From Candidatus Latescibacterota bacterium (lineage in GTDB: Bacteria > Latescibacterota > UBA2968 > SICM01), in the NCBI GenBank assembly GCA_965217865.1, contig CBDCJO010000001.1, positions 224,001-288,000 of the forward strand: 64,000 bases of DNA. Reading direction: 5' to 3'. This document shows, one piece after another, positions 31,922 to 42,804 of the stretch. A program made the translations under genes and the position numbers. Below the pieces are notes generated by a model. It did not search any database, was not told where the DNA came from, and saw only the letters and a program-made list of their open reading frames with translations. The stretch's first letter is position 1, and each line of letters starts with the position of its first letter.

Positions 31922-34900
31922 TCAATGGGTTTCTCCATCTTGTAAAACCACGTCCATCCCGAGGCTCTGCAGCTCCTTGACGAGAACATTAAACGACTCG
32001 GGGATACCCGGTTCCGGGGGATTGTCCCCCTTCACGATCGCTTCATAGATCTTGGACCGGCCCGCCACGTCGTCGGACTTGACGGTCAACATCTCCTGGA
32101 GCAAGTGTGCGGCCCCGTATGCCTCTAGGGCCCACACCTCCATCTCGCCGAACCGTTGTCCTCCGAACTGGGCCTTACCACCCAGAGGCTGCTGAGTGAC
32201 GAGGGAGTAAGGTCCGATAGAGCGGGCATGGATCTTATCCGCGACAAGATGGGACAGTTTCATCATGTAAATCTTTCCCACCACCACCTCTTTTTCGAAG
32301 GGATCACCCGTCTTCCCGTCGTAAAGAACCGTCTTTCCGGATGGCGGGAGGCCGGCCTCCTCCAGGGTCCGATTGACCTCCTCGAACGTGGCCCCGTCAA
32401 AGACGGGAGCTGCCATGTATTCGTTGAGTTCACCCGCGGCCCAGCCCAGATGCGTTTCAAAGATCTGCCCCAGATTCATCCGGGAAGGTACGCCCAGCGG
32501 GTTCAGGATGATATCCACGGGTGTTCCGTCGGGAAGATAGGGCATGTCCTCTACCGGAACGACGATCGAAACGACCCCTTTATTCCCGTGCCGCCCGGCC
32601 ATCTTGTCGCCCACGGACAATTTCCGCTTTCGGGCGATATAGACCTTGACGAGCTGGACGATACCCGGAGGGAGTTCATCTCCCCTTGCAATCTTATCCA
32701 TCTCGCGTTCCAGTTCCTCGTTCGCCTGTATCACAAGCCGGTCGGCGAGGTCTACAATCTGCGCGACCCGCCGATCTACCCCGCGATCCTCCGTCCAGCT
32801 GTGGTCGGGCCGAACGATGTCCAGATCGATCTTCTCTTCGAGTTTGCGATCGAAGGCCTTCCCCTCCCGTGCGAATACGGAGTTGTCCTCGATGTTTCTC
32901 AAAAGGCCGACCTTGCGATCCATCAGAAGCTCCTTGACCTGCTCGTCGCGTGCGGCCTTGATCCCATCGATCTTCGCGCTCATCTCCTTCTTCAGCCGAT
33001 TCACCTTCTCCCGATCCGACTTTTTTGTCTTCTCGTCCCGCTCCTTCCGGGAAAAAACCTTCCGGTCCATCACCACCCCGTCCATGCCCGATGGCGCTCG
33101 AAGGGAGGCGTCCCGGACGTCGCCGGCCTTTTCGCCGAAAATCGCCCTGAGCAACCGCTCCTCCGGAGAGAGCTCGGTCTCCCCTTTCGGGGTCACCTTG
33201 CCCACCAGGATGTCGCTCGCCCCAACCTCCGCACCCACTCGTATGATCCCCTCGTCGTCCAGATTCCGAACCGCCTGTTCGCTGACGTTCGGGATCTCCC
33301 GGGTAATCTCTTCGGAACCGCGTTTGGTATCGCGCACCTGCAGCTCGAACTCCTCGATGTGTATCGACGTAAAAATGTCATCTTTCAGAAGCCGTTCGCT
33401 GCAGATGATGGCGTCCTCGAAATTGTATCCGTTCCAAGACATAAACGCGACCGTAACGTTGCTTCCCAGGGCAAGGTCCCCCCTGTCCGTTGCGCAACCG
33501 TCGGCCAGGATGTCCCCGGCAGCCACCCGATCCCCCTTCCAAACGATCGGCCGTTGATTGATGCAACAATCCTGGTTCGACCGTTTAAATTTCGTCAAGC
33601 GGTAGACGTCCGTGTCGAAAAGGTTGACCACATCCCCCCCGCTTTTGGGCCGATCCCGCTTTACAACGATCCGGTCCGCGCTCACGTAAGCCACCGACCC
33701 CTGGTTCTTTGCCAGGACAACGGCCCCCGAATCGATGGCAACTTTCCGCTCCATCCCCGTGCCCACGAGCGGCGCATCGGTTTTCAAAAGAGGCACCGCC
33801 TGGCGCTGCATGTTGGATCCCATCAGCGCACGGTTCGCATCGTCATGCTCCAGGAACGGGATCAGGGCCGCCGCAACGCTGACAAGCTGTTTCGGGGAGA
33901 CATCCATGTATTTCACATCCGTCGACACCACCAGCGGGAAATCCCCCCGCAGACGGGCCTGGACCAGAGACTCTGTGAACCTGCCCCGCTTGTCCACCGA
34001 GGCGTTTGCCTGAGCGATGACATACCGGTCCTCTTGATCTGCGGAGAGGTACTCGATCTCTTCGGTCACCTTCCCGTTCTTGACGACGCGGTACGGAGTC
34101 TCCAGAAATCCGAACCGATTGACGCGGGCGAAAGTGGAAAGCGAAGCGATCAGGCCGATATTGGGCCCTTCCGGGGTCTCGATCGGACAAATGCGTCCAT
34201 AGTGCGTGTGGTGGACGTCCCGAACCTCGAACCCCGCCCGGTCCCGCGTCAACCCTCCGGGACCCAGCGCGGACAAACGTCTCTTGTGGGTCAACTCGTC
34301 GAGCGGGTTTGTCTGTTGCATGAACTGAGAGAGCTGGCTGCTGCCGAAGAAAGACCCGATCACCGTTGAGATCGTACGGGCGTTGATCAAATCGTGAGGC
34401 GTCAACGATTCCGAATCCCTCAGACTCATCCGTTCGCGAATCGTCCGCGCCATCCGGGACATGCCCACTGAGAACTGCTGAGACAGGAGCTCCCCCACGG
34501 ACCGGATTCGCCGATTTCCAAGATGGTCGATGTCGTCCGTAAAACCGTTTCCCTTGCGCAACTCGACCAGATAACGGATCAGTCTGAGAAAGTCCTCGAC
34601 GTGCAGAACGGTATAATCCAAAGGGATATCCATGTCGAAACGCTGATTGATCCGATAGCGTCCCACCTCACCGAGATAATACCGCTTGGGGCTGAAGAAG
34701 AGCCGTTCAAGAAGACCTCTTGCGGTCTCGATATTCGGTGGATCCCCCGGCCGAAGAAGGTTGTAAATCCGGACCAGGGATTCCTGAGAATTGTCCGTGG
34801 GGTCTTTCTTCAGCGTGTTTGTGATGACCCCGGCATCGTTTGCCTCGTCGATGTCAAGCACATCGATCCGGGCGATTCGGGCGCTTTTAAGCGACTGAAG

Positions 34901-35692
34901 GTGCTCCTCCGTCAGCGTCTCGAAGGCCTCCACGACGACTTCGCCCGATTTTTTGTTGACGGCGTCGGAGGCCGTGATTCGGCCCACGACATCCTCATCG
35001 ACTTTGGCCGGAGCAACCCCGTGAAAAAGGCTCAGGATCTCCCCGCTTTTCGAATAGCCCAACGCCCGCAAGAACAACGTCACCGGGAGTTTACGCTTAC
35101 GCTCGATGTGGACATACATGATATCATTGATGTCCATGCTGAACTCGAGCCAAGAACCCCGGAAGGGGATGATTCGGGCGGAAAACAACCGCTTTCCATT
35201 CGGGTGGGTCGTCTCGTCGAAAAAGACTCCCGGCGAACGGTGAAGCTGGCTCACGATGACCCGTTCCGAGCCGTTGATGATGAAAGTCCCCTGTTCGGTC
35301 ATCAGGGGAAGTTCGCCCAGGAACACCGTCTGCTCCACAATGTCCCGGACGCGGCTCTCTTTGTCCTGACGGTCTCGGGCGATCAGCCGCAAAGTCGCTC
35401 GGAGGGGAGCGGCATGCGTCGTACCCCGCTCCTGACATTCCTCAACGACGTATTTAGGACCCCCGATCGAATAATTAACGAATTCCAAGGAGTAAAAATT
35501 ATGGACGTCTGAGATCGGAAAAATGCTGTTGAAAACGGCCTGAAGGCCCTGATTCTTTCGATCCCCCGGAGGTGTATCGGCCTGCAGAAACCAAGTGTAG
35601 GAATCGGTCTGAATGTCCAGGAAGTTGGGCATTTCGATCGAATCGTGGAGTTTGGCGAAGCTTCGCCGCTGGATGAACCCTTTCTTTTCCAA
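31922..35692 (-). CDS. rpoB: RNA polymerase beta subunit
   Basis: [20 protein letters not shown]; start placed at TTG 35692 to avoid overlap with rplL. Confidence 0.98.
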   Translation of the reverse strand: MEKKGFIQRRSFAKLHDSIEMPNFLDIQTDSYTWFLQADTPPGDRKNQGLQAVFNSIFPISDVHNFYSLEFVNYSIGGPKYVVEECQERGTTHAAPLRATLRLIARDRQDKESRVRDIVEQTVFLGELPLMTEQGTFIINGSERVIVSQLHRSPGVFFDETTHPNGKRLFSARIIPFRGSWLEFSMDINDIMYVHIERKRKLPVTLFLRALGYSKSGEILSLFHGVAPAKVDEDVVGRITASDAVNKKSGEVVVEAFETLTEEHLQSLKSARIARIDVLDIDEANDAGVITNTLKKDPTDNSQESLVRIYNLLRPGDPPNIETARGLLERLFFSPKRYYLGEVGRYRINQRFDMDIPLDYTVLHVEDFLRLIRYLVELRKGNGFTDDIDHLGNRRIRSVGELLSQQFSVGMSRMARTIRERMSLRDSESLTPHDLINARTISTVIGSFFGSSQLSQFMQQTNPLDELTHKRRLSALGPGGLTRDRAGFEVRDVHHTHYGRICPIETPEGPNIGLIASLSTFARVNRFGFLETPYRVVKNGKVTEEIEYLSADQEDRYVIAQANASVDKRGRFTESLVQARLRGDFPLVVSTDVKYMDVSPKQLVSVAAALIPFLEHDDANRALMGSNMQRQAVPLLKTDAPLVGTGMERKVAIDSGAVVLAKNQGSVAYVSADRIVVKRDRPKSGGDVVNLFDTDVYRLTKFKRSNQDCCINQRPIVWKGDRVAAGDILADGCATDRGDLALGSNVTVAFMSWNGYNFEDAIICSERLLKDDIFTSIHIEEFELQVRDTKRGSEEITREIPNVSEQAVRNLDDEGIIRVGAEVGASDILVGKVTPKGETELSPEERLLRAIFGEKAGDVRDASLRAPSGMDGVVMDRKVFSRKERDEKTKKSDREKVNRLKKEMSAKIDGIKAARDEQVKELLMDRKVGLLRNIEDNSVFAREGKAFDRKLEEKIDLDIVRPDHSWTEDRGVDRRVAQIVDLADRLVIQANEELEREMDKIARGDELPPGIVQLVKVYIARKRKLSVGDKMAGRHGNKGVVSIVVPVEDMPYLPDGTPVDIILNPLGVPSRMNLGQIFETHLGWAAGELNEYMAAPVFDGATFEEVNRTLEEAGLPPSGKTVLYDGKTGDPFEKEVVVGKIYMMKLSHLVADKIHARSIGPYSLVTQQPLGGKAQFGGQRFGEMEVWALEAYGAAHLLQEMLTVKSDDVAGRSKIYEAIVKGDNPPEPGIPESFNVLVKELQSLGMDVVLQDGETH

Positions 35693-35789
35693 AGCGCCTC
35701 GTTCCTTGATCAAAGAAATCAGGTTGTTTAATACTTCGGAAGGGAGAAAACCGGACCCGCTCAGGAAACCCGTCCCACCGGGGGAAATT

Positions 35790-36164
35790 TCATTTGATCT
35801 CCACGACCGCCCCGGCATTTTCAAGCTGCGTTTTTAGGGTTTGTGCCTCCTCCTTAGACACACCTTCTTTCACAGGGTTTGGCGCCCCGTCAACAAGGTC
35901 TTTGGCCTCTTTCAGCCCAAGACTCGTGATGGAACGAACCTCCTTAATCACCTGGATCTTCTTCTCGCCCGGGCTTGACAGGATGACGTCAAACTCGGTC
36001 TGCTCCTCCTCCGCTGGGACCGCTTCTCCCGCCGCTGGGGCCGCCGCGACCACAGCGGCTTGGGCTTTGACTCCAAATTTTTCCTCCAGGGCTTTTACCA
36101 GTTCTGAAAGTTCAAGTACCGACAATTTCTCGATCTGACCGATAATATCTTCGATAGCCATCAT
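35790..36164 (-). CDS. rplL: 50S ribosomal protein L7/L12
   Basis: [17 protein letters not shown]. Confidence 0.99.
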   Translation of the reverse strand: MMAIEDIIGQIEKLSVLELSELVKALEEKFGVKAQAAVVAAAPAAGEAVPAEEEQTEFDVILSSPGEKKIQVIKEVRSITSLGLKEAKDLVDGAPNPVKEGVSKEEAQTLKTQLENAGAVVEIK

Positions 36165-36275
36165 TGCCTCCGTTGTTAATGAGAACCGTATGATTTCAAA
36201 TCCTAGAATATGGGTTAAATACCGACTGATGAGCCTGACCCTTTCCGGAACCGAGAACCGCAGAACGGCCAGAGG

Positions 36276-36821
36276 TTACGCCGAACCCTCCTCCTCCTGC
36301 CGTTTCTCGGCCAACGAGTGGAGCGTCCCGACCAGCTTCTGGAGGACCCCATTAAGACACATCGCTAAACCGGCTATGGGCCCCTGGATAGACGACACCA
36401 ACTGGGAGAGCAAAACATCCCTGGGGGGAATCGACGCCAACTGTTCAACCTGAACGCCCGTATAAAGCGTCTCTTCGACGATCCCTCCTTTGATCTTTAG
36501 GGACAACTCCTTTTTTGCGAAATCCGCCAGAACCTTGGCCGGTGCCAACGGGTCCTCCTCGGTGGTGACGATCCCCGTTGGCCCTGTGAGATAGTCGCGA
36601 AGAGGGGCGTAGCCTGCCCTATCCGCAGCGATTGCGGTAAGCCTGTTCTTGACCACCAGGTAAGAGCAGGAGGCCTCCCGCAACCGGGCCCTCAAATCGG
36701 TCATCGCCGCCACGTTTATACCCGTGAAATCGGTCAAAATGATCCCCTTCGACCTCTCGAAAAGTTCTAATATTTCCGTAACTTCGGCCTCTTTTTTTGC
36801 CGTAGGCAAGGTGAACTCCAT
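36276..36821 (-). CDS. rplJ: 50S ribosomal protein L10
   Basis: VVKNRL, LTGPT; start may be TTG 36809. Confidence 0.96.
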   Translation of the reverse strand: MEFTLPTAKKEAEVTEILELFERSKGIILTDFTGINVAAMTDLRARLREASCSYLVVKNRLTAIAADRAGYAPLRDYLTGPTGIVTTEEDPLAPAKVLADFAKKELSLKIKGGIVEETLYTGVQVEQLASIPPRDVLLSQLVSSIQGPIAGLAMCLNGVLQKLVGTLHSLAEKRQEEEGSA

Positions 36822-36832
36822 CGTTGGTCGTT

Positions 36833-37525
36833 CTAATTTACCAGGCTGGCCCGGTCGATTCGGATGCCCGGGCTCATCGTTGTAGAAAGCGTTACGCTCC
36901 GGATATACTGGCCTTTAACACCGGGCGGTTTTGCCCGGACGATGGCATCGAGCAAGGCTCTGGAATTCTCCACGATTTTCCCATGCTCGAAGGAAACCTT
37001 TCCGACCGGTGCGTGGATATTGCCCGCCCGGTCTACTCGAAATTCGATCCGACCTGCTTTCGCCTCCCGCACCGCTTTTCCCACTTCCGAAGTAACCGTT
37101 CCGCTCTTGGGGTTCGGCATCAATCCCCGTGGCCCCAGGATCTTTCCAAGACGGCCCACGCTCCCCATCAAGTCGGGACTGGCGACGACCACGTCGAAGT
37201 CAACCCAGCCCCCGGAAATCTTCTTGATGAGGTCGTCGTTGCCCACATAGTCCGCCCCCGCTTCCAGTGCCTCGGATTCCAATTCACCTTTGGTCAGGAC
37301 AAGGACCTTCACGGACCCCCCGGTGCCGTGGGGAAGCAGGATGGTTCCCCGGACAACCTGGTCCGCGTGTCTCGGATCCACACCTAAATTCATGGAAACC
37401 TCCACCGTTTCGTTAAACTTCCGGCGAGGCATCTCCATCAACATCTTGATGGCGGTATCCAGGGGATATTGCGTCCGGCGGTCCACCTTCGCCTGCATCT
37501 CTTTGTAAAGCTTTCCGTTGCTCAC
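36833..37525 (-). CDS. rplA: 50S ribosomal protein L1
   Basis: [17 protein letters not shown]. Confidence 0.99.
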   Translation of the reverse strand: MSNGKLYKEMQAKVDRRTQYPLDTAIKMLMEMPRRKFNETVEVSMNLGVDPRHADQVVRGTILLPHGTGGSVKVLVLTKGELESEALEAGADYVGNDDLIKKISGGWVDFDVVVASPDLMGSVGRLGKILGPRGLMPNPKSGTVTSEVGKAVREAKAGRIEFRVDRAGNIHAPVGKVSFEHGKIVENSRALLDAIVRAKPPGVKGQYIRSVTLSTTMSPGIRIDRASLVN

Positions 37526-37527
37526 GT

Positions 37528-37953
37528 CTATTCCTCCACGGTAATCCCCATGCTTCGGGCGGTTCCGGCGATCATTCGGGTGGCCGAATCGAGATCCTTC
37601 GTGTTCAGGTCCACCAGCTTGAGATGTGCGATCTCCAGAACCTGAGCAGAAGACACCTTTCCGACTTTTTGCCGGTTGGATTCCGGAGACCCTTTTTCCA
37701 GACCCGCCGCCCTTTTTAAAAGAACCGATGCGGGCGGCGTCTTGGTGATGAACGTGAAGCTTCGGTCGGCGTAGATCGTGATCACGACGGGGATGATGAG
37801 CCCGCCTTTGTCCTGGGTTTGAGCGTTGAAGGCCTTACAAAATTCCATGATATTCACGCCGTGTTGTCCCAAAGCCGGCCCCACGGGCGGCGTGGGCGTT
37901 GCCTTGCCTGCGGGAATCTGAAGCTTGACGACAACCAGGACTTTTTTGGCCAA
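37528..37953 (-). CDS. rplK: 50S ribosomal protein L11
   Basis: [18 protein letters not shown]. Confidence 0.99.
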   Translation of the reverse strand: MAKKVLVVVKLQIPAGKATPTPPVGPALGQHGVNIMEFCKAFNAQTQDKGGLIIPVVITIYADRSFTFITKTPPASVLLKRAAGLEKGSPESNRQKVGKVSSAQVLEIAHLKLVDLNTKDLDSATRMIAGTARSMGITVEE

Positions 37954-37975
37954 AGTCGAACCTCCTTAAATCTTT

Positions 37976-38515
37976 CTATTCCTTCTGTTCGAACGGCTCC
38001 ACCTGAAGCACATCGAGTTCGACAGGGGTATTCCGTCCAAAGATGCTCACCATCACCTTGATTTTGCTCTTTTCGGGGTTCATGTCATCGACCGATCCCA
38101 AGAAATCGCTGAAAGGACCGTCGATGACTTTGACCTTGTCCCCGATGCGATATGGCACGGTCTCCTCATCCTGGGTCTTCCCCCTGTCGATCTGTCCGAG
38201 GATTCGGTCCACTTCCTCTTCCCTCAAAGCGACCGGTTTCTTTCCAGGTCCTACAAAGTTGGTAACCCCGGGGACATTCGTTATAAAATGCAATGATTCC
38301 TTGGTTAGATCCATTTCGACCAGGACATAACTGGGCAAAAATTTTCTCGTAACGGTTGTCTTCCGGCCGTCCTTCATCTCGACGACCTCCTCGGTAGGAA
38401 CCACTACTTGAGCCACCTTCCCGAAGACGCTCGGGTCATTGGAGGCCGCGCTCTCTATATAGTGTTTGACCTTGTTTTCGTGGCCGGAATATGTGTGTAC
38501 GACGTACCAGCGCAT
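37976..38515 (-). CDS. nusG: Transcription factor NusG
   Basis: WYVVHTYSG, KOW domain, IFGRNTPVEL. Confidence 0.98.
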   Translation of the reverse strand: MRWYVVHTYSGHENKVKHYIESAASNDPSVFGKVAQVVVPTEEVVEMKDGRKTTVTRKFLPSYVLVEMDLTKESLHFITNVPGVTNFVGPGKKPVALREEEVDRILGQIDRGKTQDEETVPYRIGDKVKVIDGPFSDFLGSVDDMNPEKSKIKVMVSIFGRNTPVELDVLQVEPFEQKE

Positions 38516-38527
38516 GGATTCAACGGT

Positions 38528-38713
38528 CTACTTGAGGGCGGAAGCCATTCCCTTCGACAGGATGAAATCGAAGATGAACACAAAAATCGACAACGTAAAC
38601 GAGATCGCCAGCACGATCCAGGTCGAGGAGATCAGTTCCTCCCTTGTCGGCCATGCCACTTTCCCCATTTCGCTCTGGACTTCTTTCAAAAATTGCCCGA
38701 TTTTTTTGAACAT
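38528..38713 (-). CDS. secE: Preprotein translocase SecE
   Basis: EMGKVAWPTREE followed by a TM helix. Confidence 0.96.
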   Translation of the reverse strand: MFKKIGQFLKEVQSEMGKVAWPTREELISSTWIVLAISFTLSIFVFIFDFILSKGMASALK

Positions 38714-38819
38714 ATCCTTTATCGTTCCGACCTTGGTCCTCAGACAACGACGGGACCTTCCCCCAAGAGGTGGGGAAGGCGGAGAACACTCGATCAGCTG
38801 AACTCAATGAGGATAATGC

Positions 38820-38895
38820 TGGCAGGGGCGGCAGGACTTGAACCCGCAACCGCTGGTTTTGGAGACCAGTGCTCTACCAGTTGAGCTACACCCCT
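38820..38895 (-). tRNA. tRNA-Trp(CCA)
   Basis: Cloverleaf, anticodon CCA, encoded CCA end. Confidence 0.97.
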
Positions 38896-38906
38896 GCAAG
38901 GGGGAA

Positions 38907-39059
38907 TTAGCGAGTCTCCCGGTGTGAGGTATGCTTTCGACAAAATCGGCAATACCTCTTCTGCTCGATACGATCCGGGTGAAGCCGCCTGTTTTTATTC
39001 GTCGTATAGTTTCTTCGGCGGCATTCACCGCAAGCCATGATGACGAGGTCTCGAGGCAT
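38907..39059 (-). CDS. rpmG: 50S ribosomal protein L33 (Zn type; not in ORF track)
   Basis: Manual translation [50 protein letters not shown]. Confidence 0.96.
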   Translation of the reverse strand: MPRDLVIMACGECRRRNYTTNKNRRLHPDRIEQKRYCRFCRKHTSHRETR

Positions 39060-39093
39060 GACGCTCTGCTTGCCCTCACAGGAGTTTGGGTAA

Positions 39094-39166
39094 AGCCCAC
39101 GACCGGACTCGAACCGGTGGCCTTTTCCTTACCAAGGAAACGCTCTACCTCCTGAGCTACATGGGC
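39094..39166 (-). tRNA. tRNA-Thr(GGT)
   Basis: Cloverleaf, anticodon GGT, no encoded CCA. Confidence 0.95.
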
Positions 39167-39365
39167 ACGCGGATTGGCAGAATCGTCTCTTTAGACCGAT
39201 GATTTGCCGCTCTGCCACCGGCTTTTATATTCACGGAGATGATGAGAAAAGGACAGCCCCTTGGTCAGGGAGGATAACGATTCGCTGAATCGTTGGTTGG
39301 GAAGGGACAATAAATTATTATTTAACCGTCAATTAACTAATGTTTTGAACCGACTCTTGCGATGT

Positions 39366-39442
39366 TGGAGCGGGAAACGGGATTCGAACCCGCGACCCTC
39401 AGCTTGGAAGGCTGACGCTCTAGCCAACTGAGCTATTCCCGC
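39366..39442 (-). tRNA. tRNA-Gly(TCC)
   Basis: Cloverleaf, anticodon TCC, encoded CCA. Confidence 0.97.
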
Positions 39443-39543
39443 CCTCGGTTCGGTACCTTTCGGGTACAGGGATATTGAACCCCAAAAAATCTGTCCGTGC
39501 CAAACTAAAAAAGGAAAATTTTGCCATCACTCAAAGACTGAAG

Positions 39544-39572
39544 AATATACAAAGAAAAAACAAAAAAGTCAA
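39544..39572 (-). promoter_or_regulatory. sigma70 promoter upstream of tRNA-Gly
   Basis: TTGACT-17 bp-TATATT. Confidence 0.8.
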
Positions 39573-39659
39573 GCCTTTACGGAAATTTATCCACGGGATC
39601 AAAGACCAATCTCGGAAGGGGATCTTGACTTTCAGGGAATTAAACAGAGGATGGGTTTG

Positions 39660-39742
39660 TGGGGAGGGCAGGACTCGAACCTGCGTAGGCATTAGCCAAC
39701 AGATTTACAGTCTGCCCCGTTTGACCACTCCGGAACCTCCCC
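39660..39742 (-). tRNA. tRNA-Tyr(GTA)
   Basis: Cloverleaf with long variable arm, anticodon GTA, no encoded CCA. Confidence 0.95.
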
Positions 39743-39889
39743 ACGACCAGATCAGGACAAAAACAAGAAATCAAAAGGCCCTGTCAAAGTCAAGGGTAAA
39801 ATGCGTCGGGCCATCCCGTCTTACCCACGAGATCATCAGACGGACGGGAGTGAAACCGGAGTTTTCGCCCCCCCGTGCGTGTGTCGATT

Positions 39890-39917
39890 TTGACTTCCTC
39901 CCATCCGTCCTTATATT
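39890..39917 (+). promoter_or_regulatory. Possible sigma70 promoter
   Basis: TTGACT-16 bp-TATATT. Confidence 0.5.
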
Positions 39918-40054
39918 CATGACATTCAGCTGACGAGAATGTTATCTCCTTGTCCTATTCATTTGAAACCCATTTCGGTTTCGGGCGTACAAAAACTAGG
40001 GAAAGTTAATCAACCAGCGTGAATCTTCATAGCTCATCCAGAAGGAGGCCCACC

Positions 40055-41302
40055 ATGTTGGCGAAGATGACCCCCTGTCGGTGGGTTGTTTGCCTCCTGA
40101 TCTGTATCTTCCTTCCAGCAGGTGAGACATACGGGGCAAACCCCAAAGACCTCCTGAATCTGAAAAAAATCAGGAAAAAGCTGAAACTATCATCCGCCCA
40201 GCAGGACACAGCAAGGCAGAAGGTCGACCAGATCAAGGACATCCTGACCCGTTTCGAGTGGGACTTTGCAAAGATGACGTGTGAAGCCGCCATCTGGAAA
40301 GGCGAACGGACTTCTCTTAAGGTGATAAAGGATCGCAAGAAAGATGCCTATACCCAGGTAGAGAACCTCTTGAAGACCTTCAGAGACGGTCTTGACAACC
40401 GACAGAAACAGCGTCTGGCCAAGATGATGGAAGGTTGGGAGGGGTTGTTGGATCTCCAATTTAACAAGGACATCCCCTTCTACTATATCGATACGCGACC
40501 CGTGTTCAGGAAAATGGAGAATGACCGCAATGTGCCTTACCTAAATTTTACCAAACCTCCCAGCATAGAATCTCCTGAGCGCTATAGAGATGTTCTGAAA
40601 CGGTGGACAGCCAGAACCTACATCTCTACCTTGACCCTCGGAGAAAACCAGATGCCCGGAATCGCCGATGCGCCCGAGCTGAATATCCGATCCGTGGGGA
40701 CTTCGCTGGAGGGAAATCTGGTCCGTTCTCCGTTGATCATTTCCGCCACCCTGATGGCCCCCGACCTGGTGAAAGCCGAAATCGATCACCTCAACACCTA
40801 TTATAAGTCTGAGGATCAGACCCTGGATGAGCTCCGGAAGGCCTACAGCGAGAAGAACCAGGTGGGTGATGCCATCCTTATCCGCATAAAGCTGACCACG
40901 CCCTTTGCGGCCCCCTACCTCGATCTCGACAACTGGATCATCTACCTCGAAGACAATGAAGGCACGGGATATGAGCCCGCCGATATGAAGGTGGTGGCGA
41001 TTCATCCGATCGAAGCGATCAAGATCGATGTCCCGGGACAAACCTACGAGGTGACCGACGTGCTCGGTACGTACTACCCTTATGTTCCGGGTGAGAAGAC
41101 CTACTTGACCCAGGGGGCGGCGAAGTTCACCTATGTGGGATATGAAGCCCAGGTAAAGGCCTTTTTCCCCGCATACAAACTTGGGGGCGCCCCCGTCATT
41201 TCACCCAGAACAAAATTCTTAAAGCTGATCATCAAAGCCGCGAAAGACAGAAGCTTCGAGGGCGAGGCCAAATGGAACTTTAAGAGATCGAGGAAATCGT
41301 GA
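40055..41302 (+). CDS. Exported hypothetical protein
   Basis: SD AAGGAGG before ATG 40055; signal-peptide-like N-terminus, helical N-domain. Confidence 0.75.
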   Translation: MLAKMTPCRWVVCLLICIFLPAGETYGANPKDLLNLKKIRKKLKLSSAQQDTARQKVDQIKDILTRFEWDFAKMTCEAAIWKGERTSLKVIKDRKKDAYTQVENLLKTFRDGLDNRQKQRLAKMMEGWEGLLDLQFNKDIPFYYIDTRPVFRKMENDRNVPYLNFTKPPSIESPERYRDVLKRWTARTYISTLTLGENQMPGIADAPELNIRSVGTSLEGNLVRSPLIISATLMAPDLVKAEIDHLNTYYKSEDQTLDELRKAYSEKNQVGDAILIRIKLTTPFAAPYLDLDNWIIYLEDNEGTGYEPADMKVVAIHPIEAIKIDVPGQTYEVTDVLGTYYPYVPGEKTYLTQGAAKFTYVGYEAQVKAFFPAYKLGGAPVISPRTKFLKLIIKAAKDRSFEGEAKWNFKRSRKS

Positions 41303-41343
41303 ATGGCACGGGGGGGCCGCACGTCAATCGTTTGACATGAAAC

Positions 41344-42804
41344 GTGCGTTCCGGATCCCTTTTTTCCTCTGACGCTCAACGCATCGGATTGGACCCTTTG
41401 ACGATGTTCATTATGTCAGCTTCCACGTTTTCCAGTTACATATCCCCAAAAACCCTCCTGCTCCTCATATTCCTCTCGGCTTTCGGCTTCGTCCGCACGG
41501 CCATCGGGCAGAATGCCACGGTCTATGACTACACGGTGCCCGTGAGCAGTGCAAAAAGCCTTCAGTTCGACTTCGCCTATTCATACTCGGCAACTGGGGA
41601 GACGGTAACGAACAGGAATGGAAATCTTGTTCTTTTCTACGAGAAATTTTACGATTCCCTCCCATTCGCCTATTCCCTCGACGTCAACGGCTCGGCGGTG
41701 CTCACCCATACAAACCCCGCCGGGGATTTCAATCTGAGCGGACGGACGGATGCTATAGACGGAGCTCTTCTTGCAAACTATTTCTTCCTTCAGGGGGGAA
41801 TGGGTTCCTCCCGGACCGACACCTCCCGATTCAACACTCTCTTCGACCTGAACCGGGACGGGATTCTGGACACCGCCGACCTCGACGAATTCTCGAATGT
41901 ATTCGGTCAAAAGGCGGAGGATGACCTGACATACAAGAGTGGGTTTTCAGGGAGGGGGAAAAAGTACTTCCAAAACGGGTCAGATTTTTTCGGGTTCGGA
42001 GATTTCAATATTCGAATGAGCGATACGTTCGACCGACCTGACACGGATGTTACGCCCGGGTTGGGTTACGGTCGCTTCATCAGTGCCACCCCCCTTGCCA
42101 AGGCCGTTCGGATCGAAGCGTTTCTGCTTAAGGAGAAGGCCGCGTCTGGTTACCTGCCCCGGGAAAAGCTCGTGGAGCTCGGCCACGTTATCCAGCGGGA
42201 GGATGAATTCAAAGAGCGCTACGGTCCCACCTACCGCAAATGGTGGTTCGAAGAGATGGAACGGGTTATCATCGCGTCGGGTGTGGCCCCGAAGGGAATC
42301 GGCGCGGGAGGGATTCTGCGGATCAACGAAGTCCTTTTCGAGGAGCGAGTCAACGAGCGGTTTTACGGATGGGAGACATCCGCTGGCGTGAACTTTCAAA
42401 CGACCTCCCCATTCACAGGCCAGGCGCGTAGAGATCCGGGTGCGAGTTTCGGGTTGCGTTATGCGAAACCTATCGGATGGAAGCACCAGGTCAGTGGAAG
42501 GATCGACCTGGCAAGCCCCCTGACGGGACGGTTCGGTAAAGAATACAAACTCACATTCTCCGAAGATTATGTCTACGAGATGAGCAATCGGGTCGACTTT
42601 ATTATCAGGGATAACCTGGCGCTCGATATCCAGGACGGCACCGGGACAAAGAACCGACACATCATCAGCAATGTCCTTTCGGCTGCATTCATCTTCTTCG
42701 TCGAAAACAAGACGACTTTTTCAGTGAACGCCCAATTCGACAAGGTCGAAGGGAGTCCTCTCCTCCAGAGCTATTCGGGGAACCTGAATTACAGAATTTT
42801 TTAA
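41344..42804 (+). CDS. Outer-membrane beta-barrel-like protein with inserted dockerin/EF-hand module
   Basis: Signal peptide, amphipathic strands, terminal YRIF; two DxNxxGxxD loops; true start may be ATG 41404. Confidence 0.65.
   Translation: MRSGSLFSSDAQRIGLDPLTMFIMSASTFSSYISPKTLLLLIFLSAFGFVRTAIGQNATVYDYTVPVSSAKSLQFDFAYSYSATGETVTNRNGNLVLFYEKFYDSLPFAYSLDVNGSAVLTHTNPAGDFNLSGRTDAIDGALLANYFFLQGGMGSSRTDTSRFNTLFDLNRDGILDTADLDEFSNVFGQKAEDDLTYKSGFSGRGKKYFQNGSDFFGFGDFNIRMSDTFDRPDTDVTPGLGYGRFISATPLAKAVRIEAFLLKEKAASGYLPREKLVELGHVIQREDEFKERYGPTYRKWWFEEMERVIIASGVAPKGIGAGGILRINEVLFEERVNERFYGWETSAGVNFQTTSPFTGQARRDPGASFGLRYAKPIGWKHQVSGRIDLASPLTGRFGKEYKLTFSEDYVYEMSNRVDFIIRDNLALDIQDGTGTKNRHIISNVLSAAFIFFVENKTTFSVNAQFDKVEGSPLLQSYSGNLNYRIF

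Noticed and set aside
32156-34369. 737-aa plus-strand ORF (also 29579-31093, 55100-56737, 59547-60503)
   Set aside because: Antisense shadows of rpoB, rpoC, carB and nnr caused by GC3 bias; no recognisable motifs
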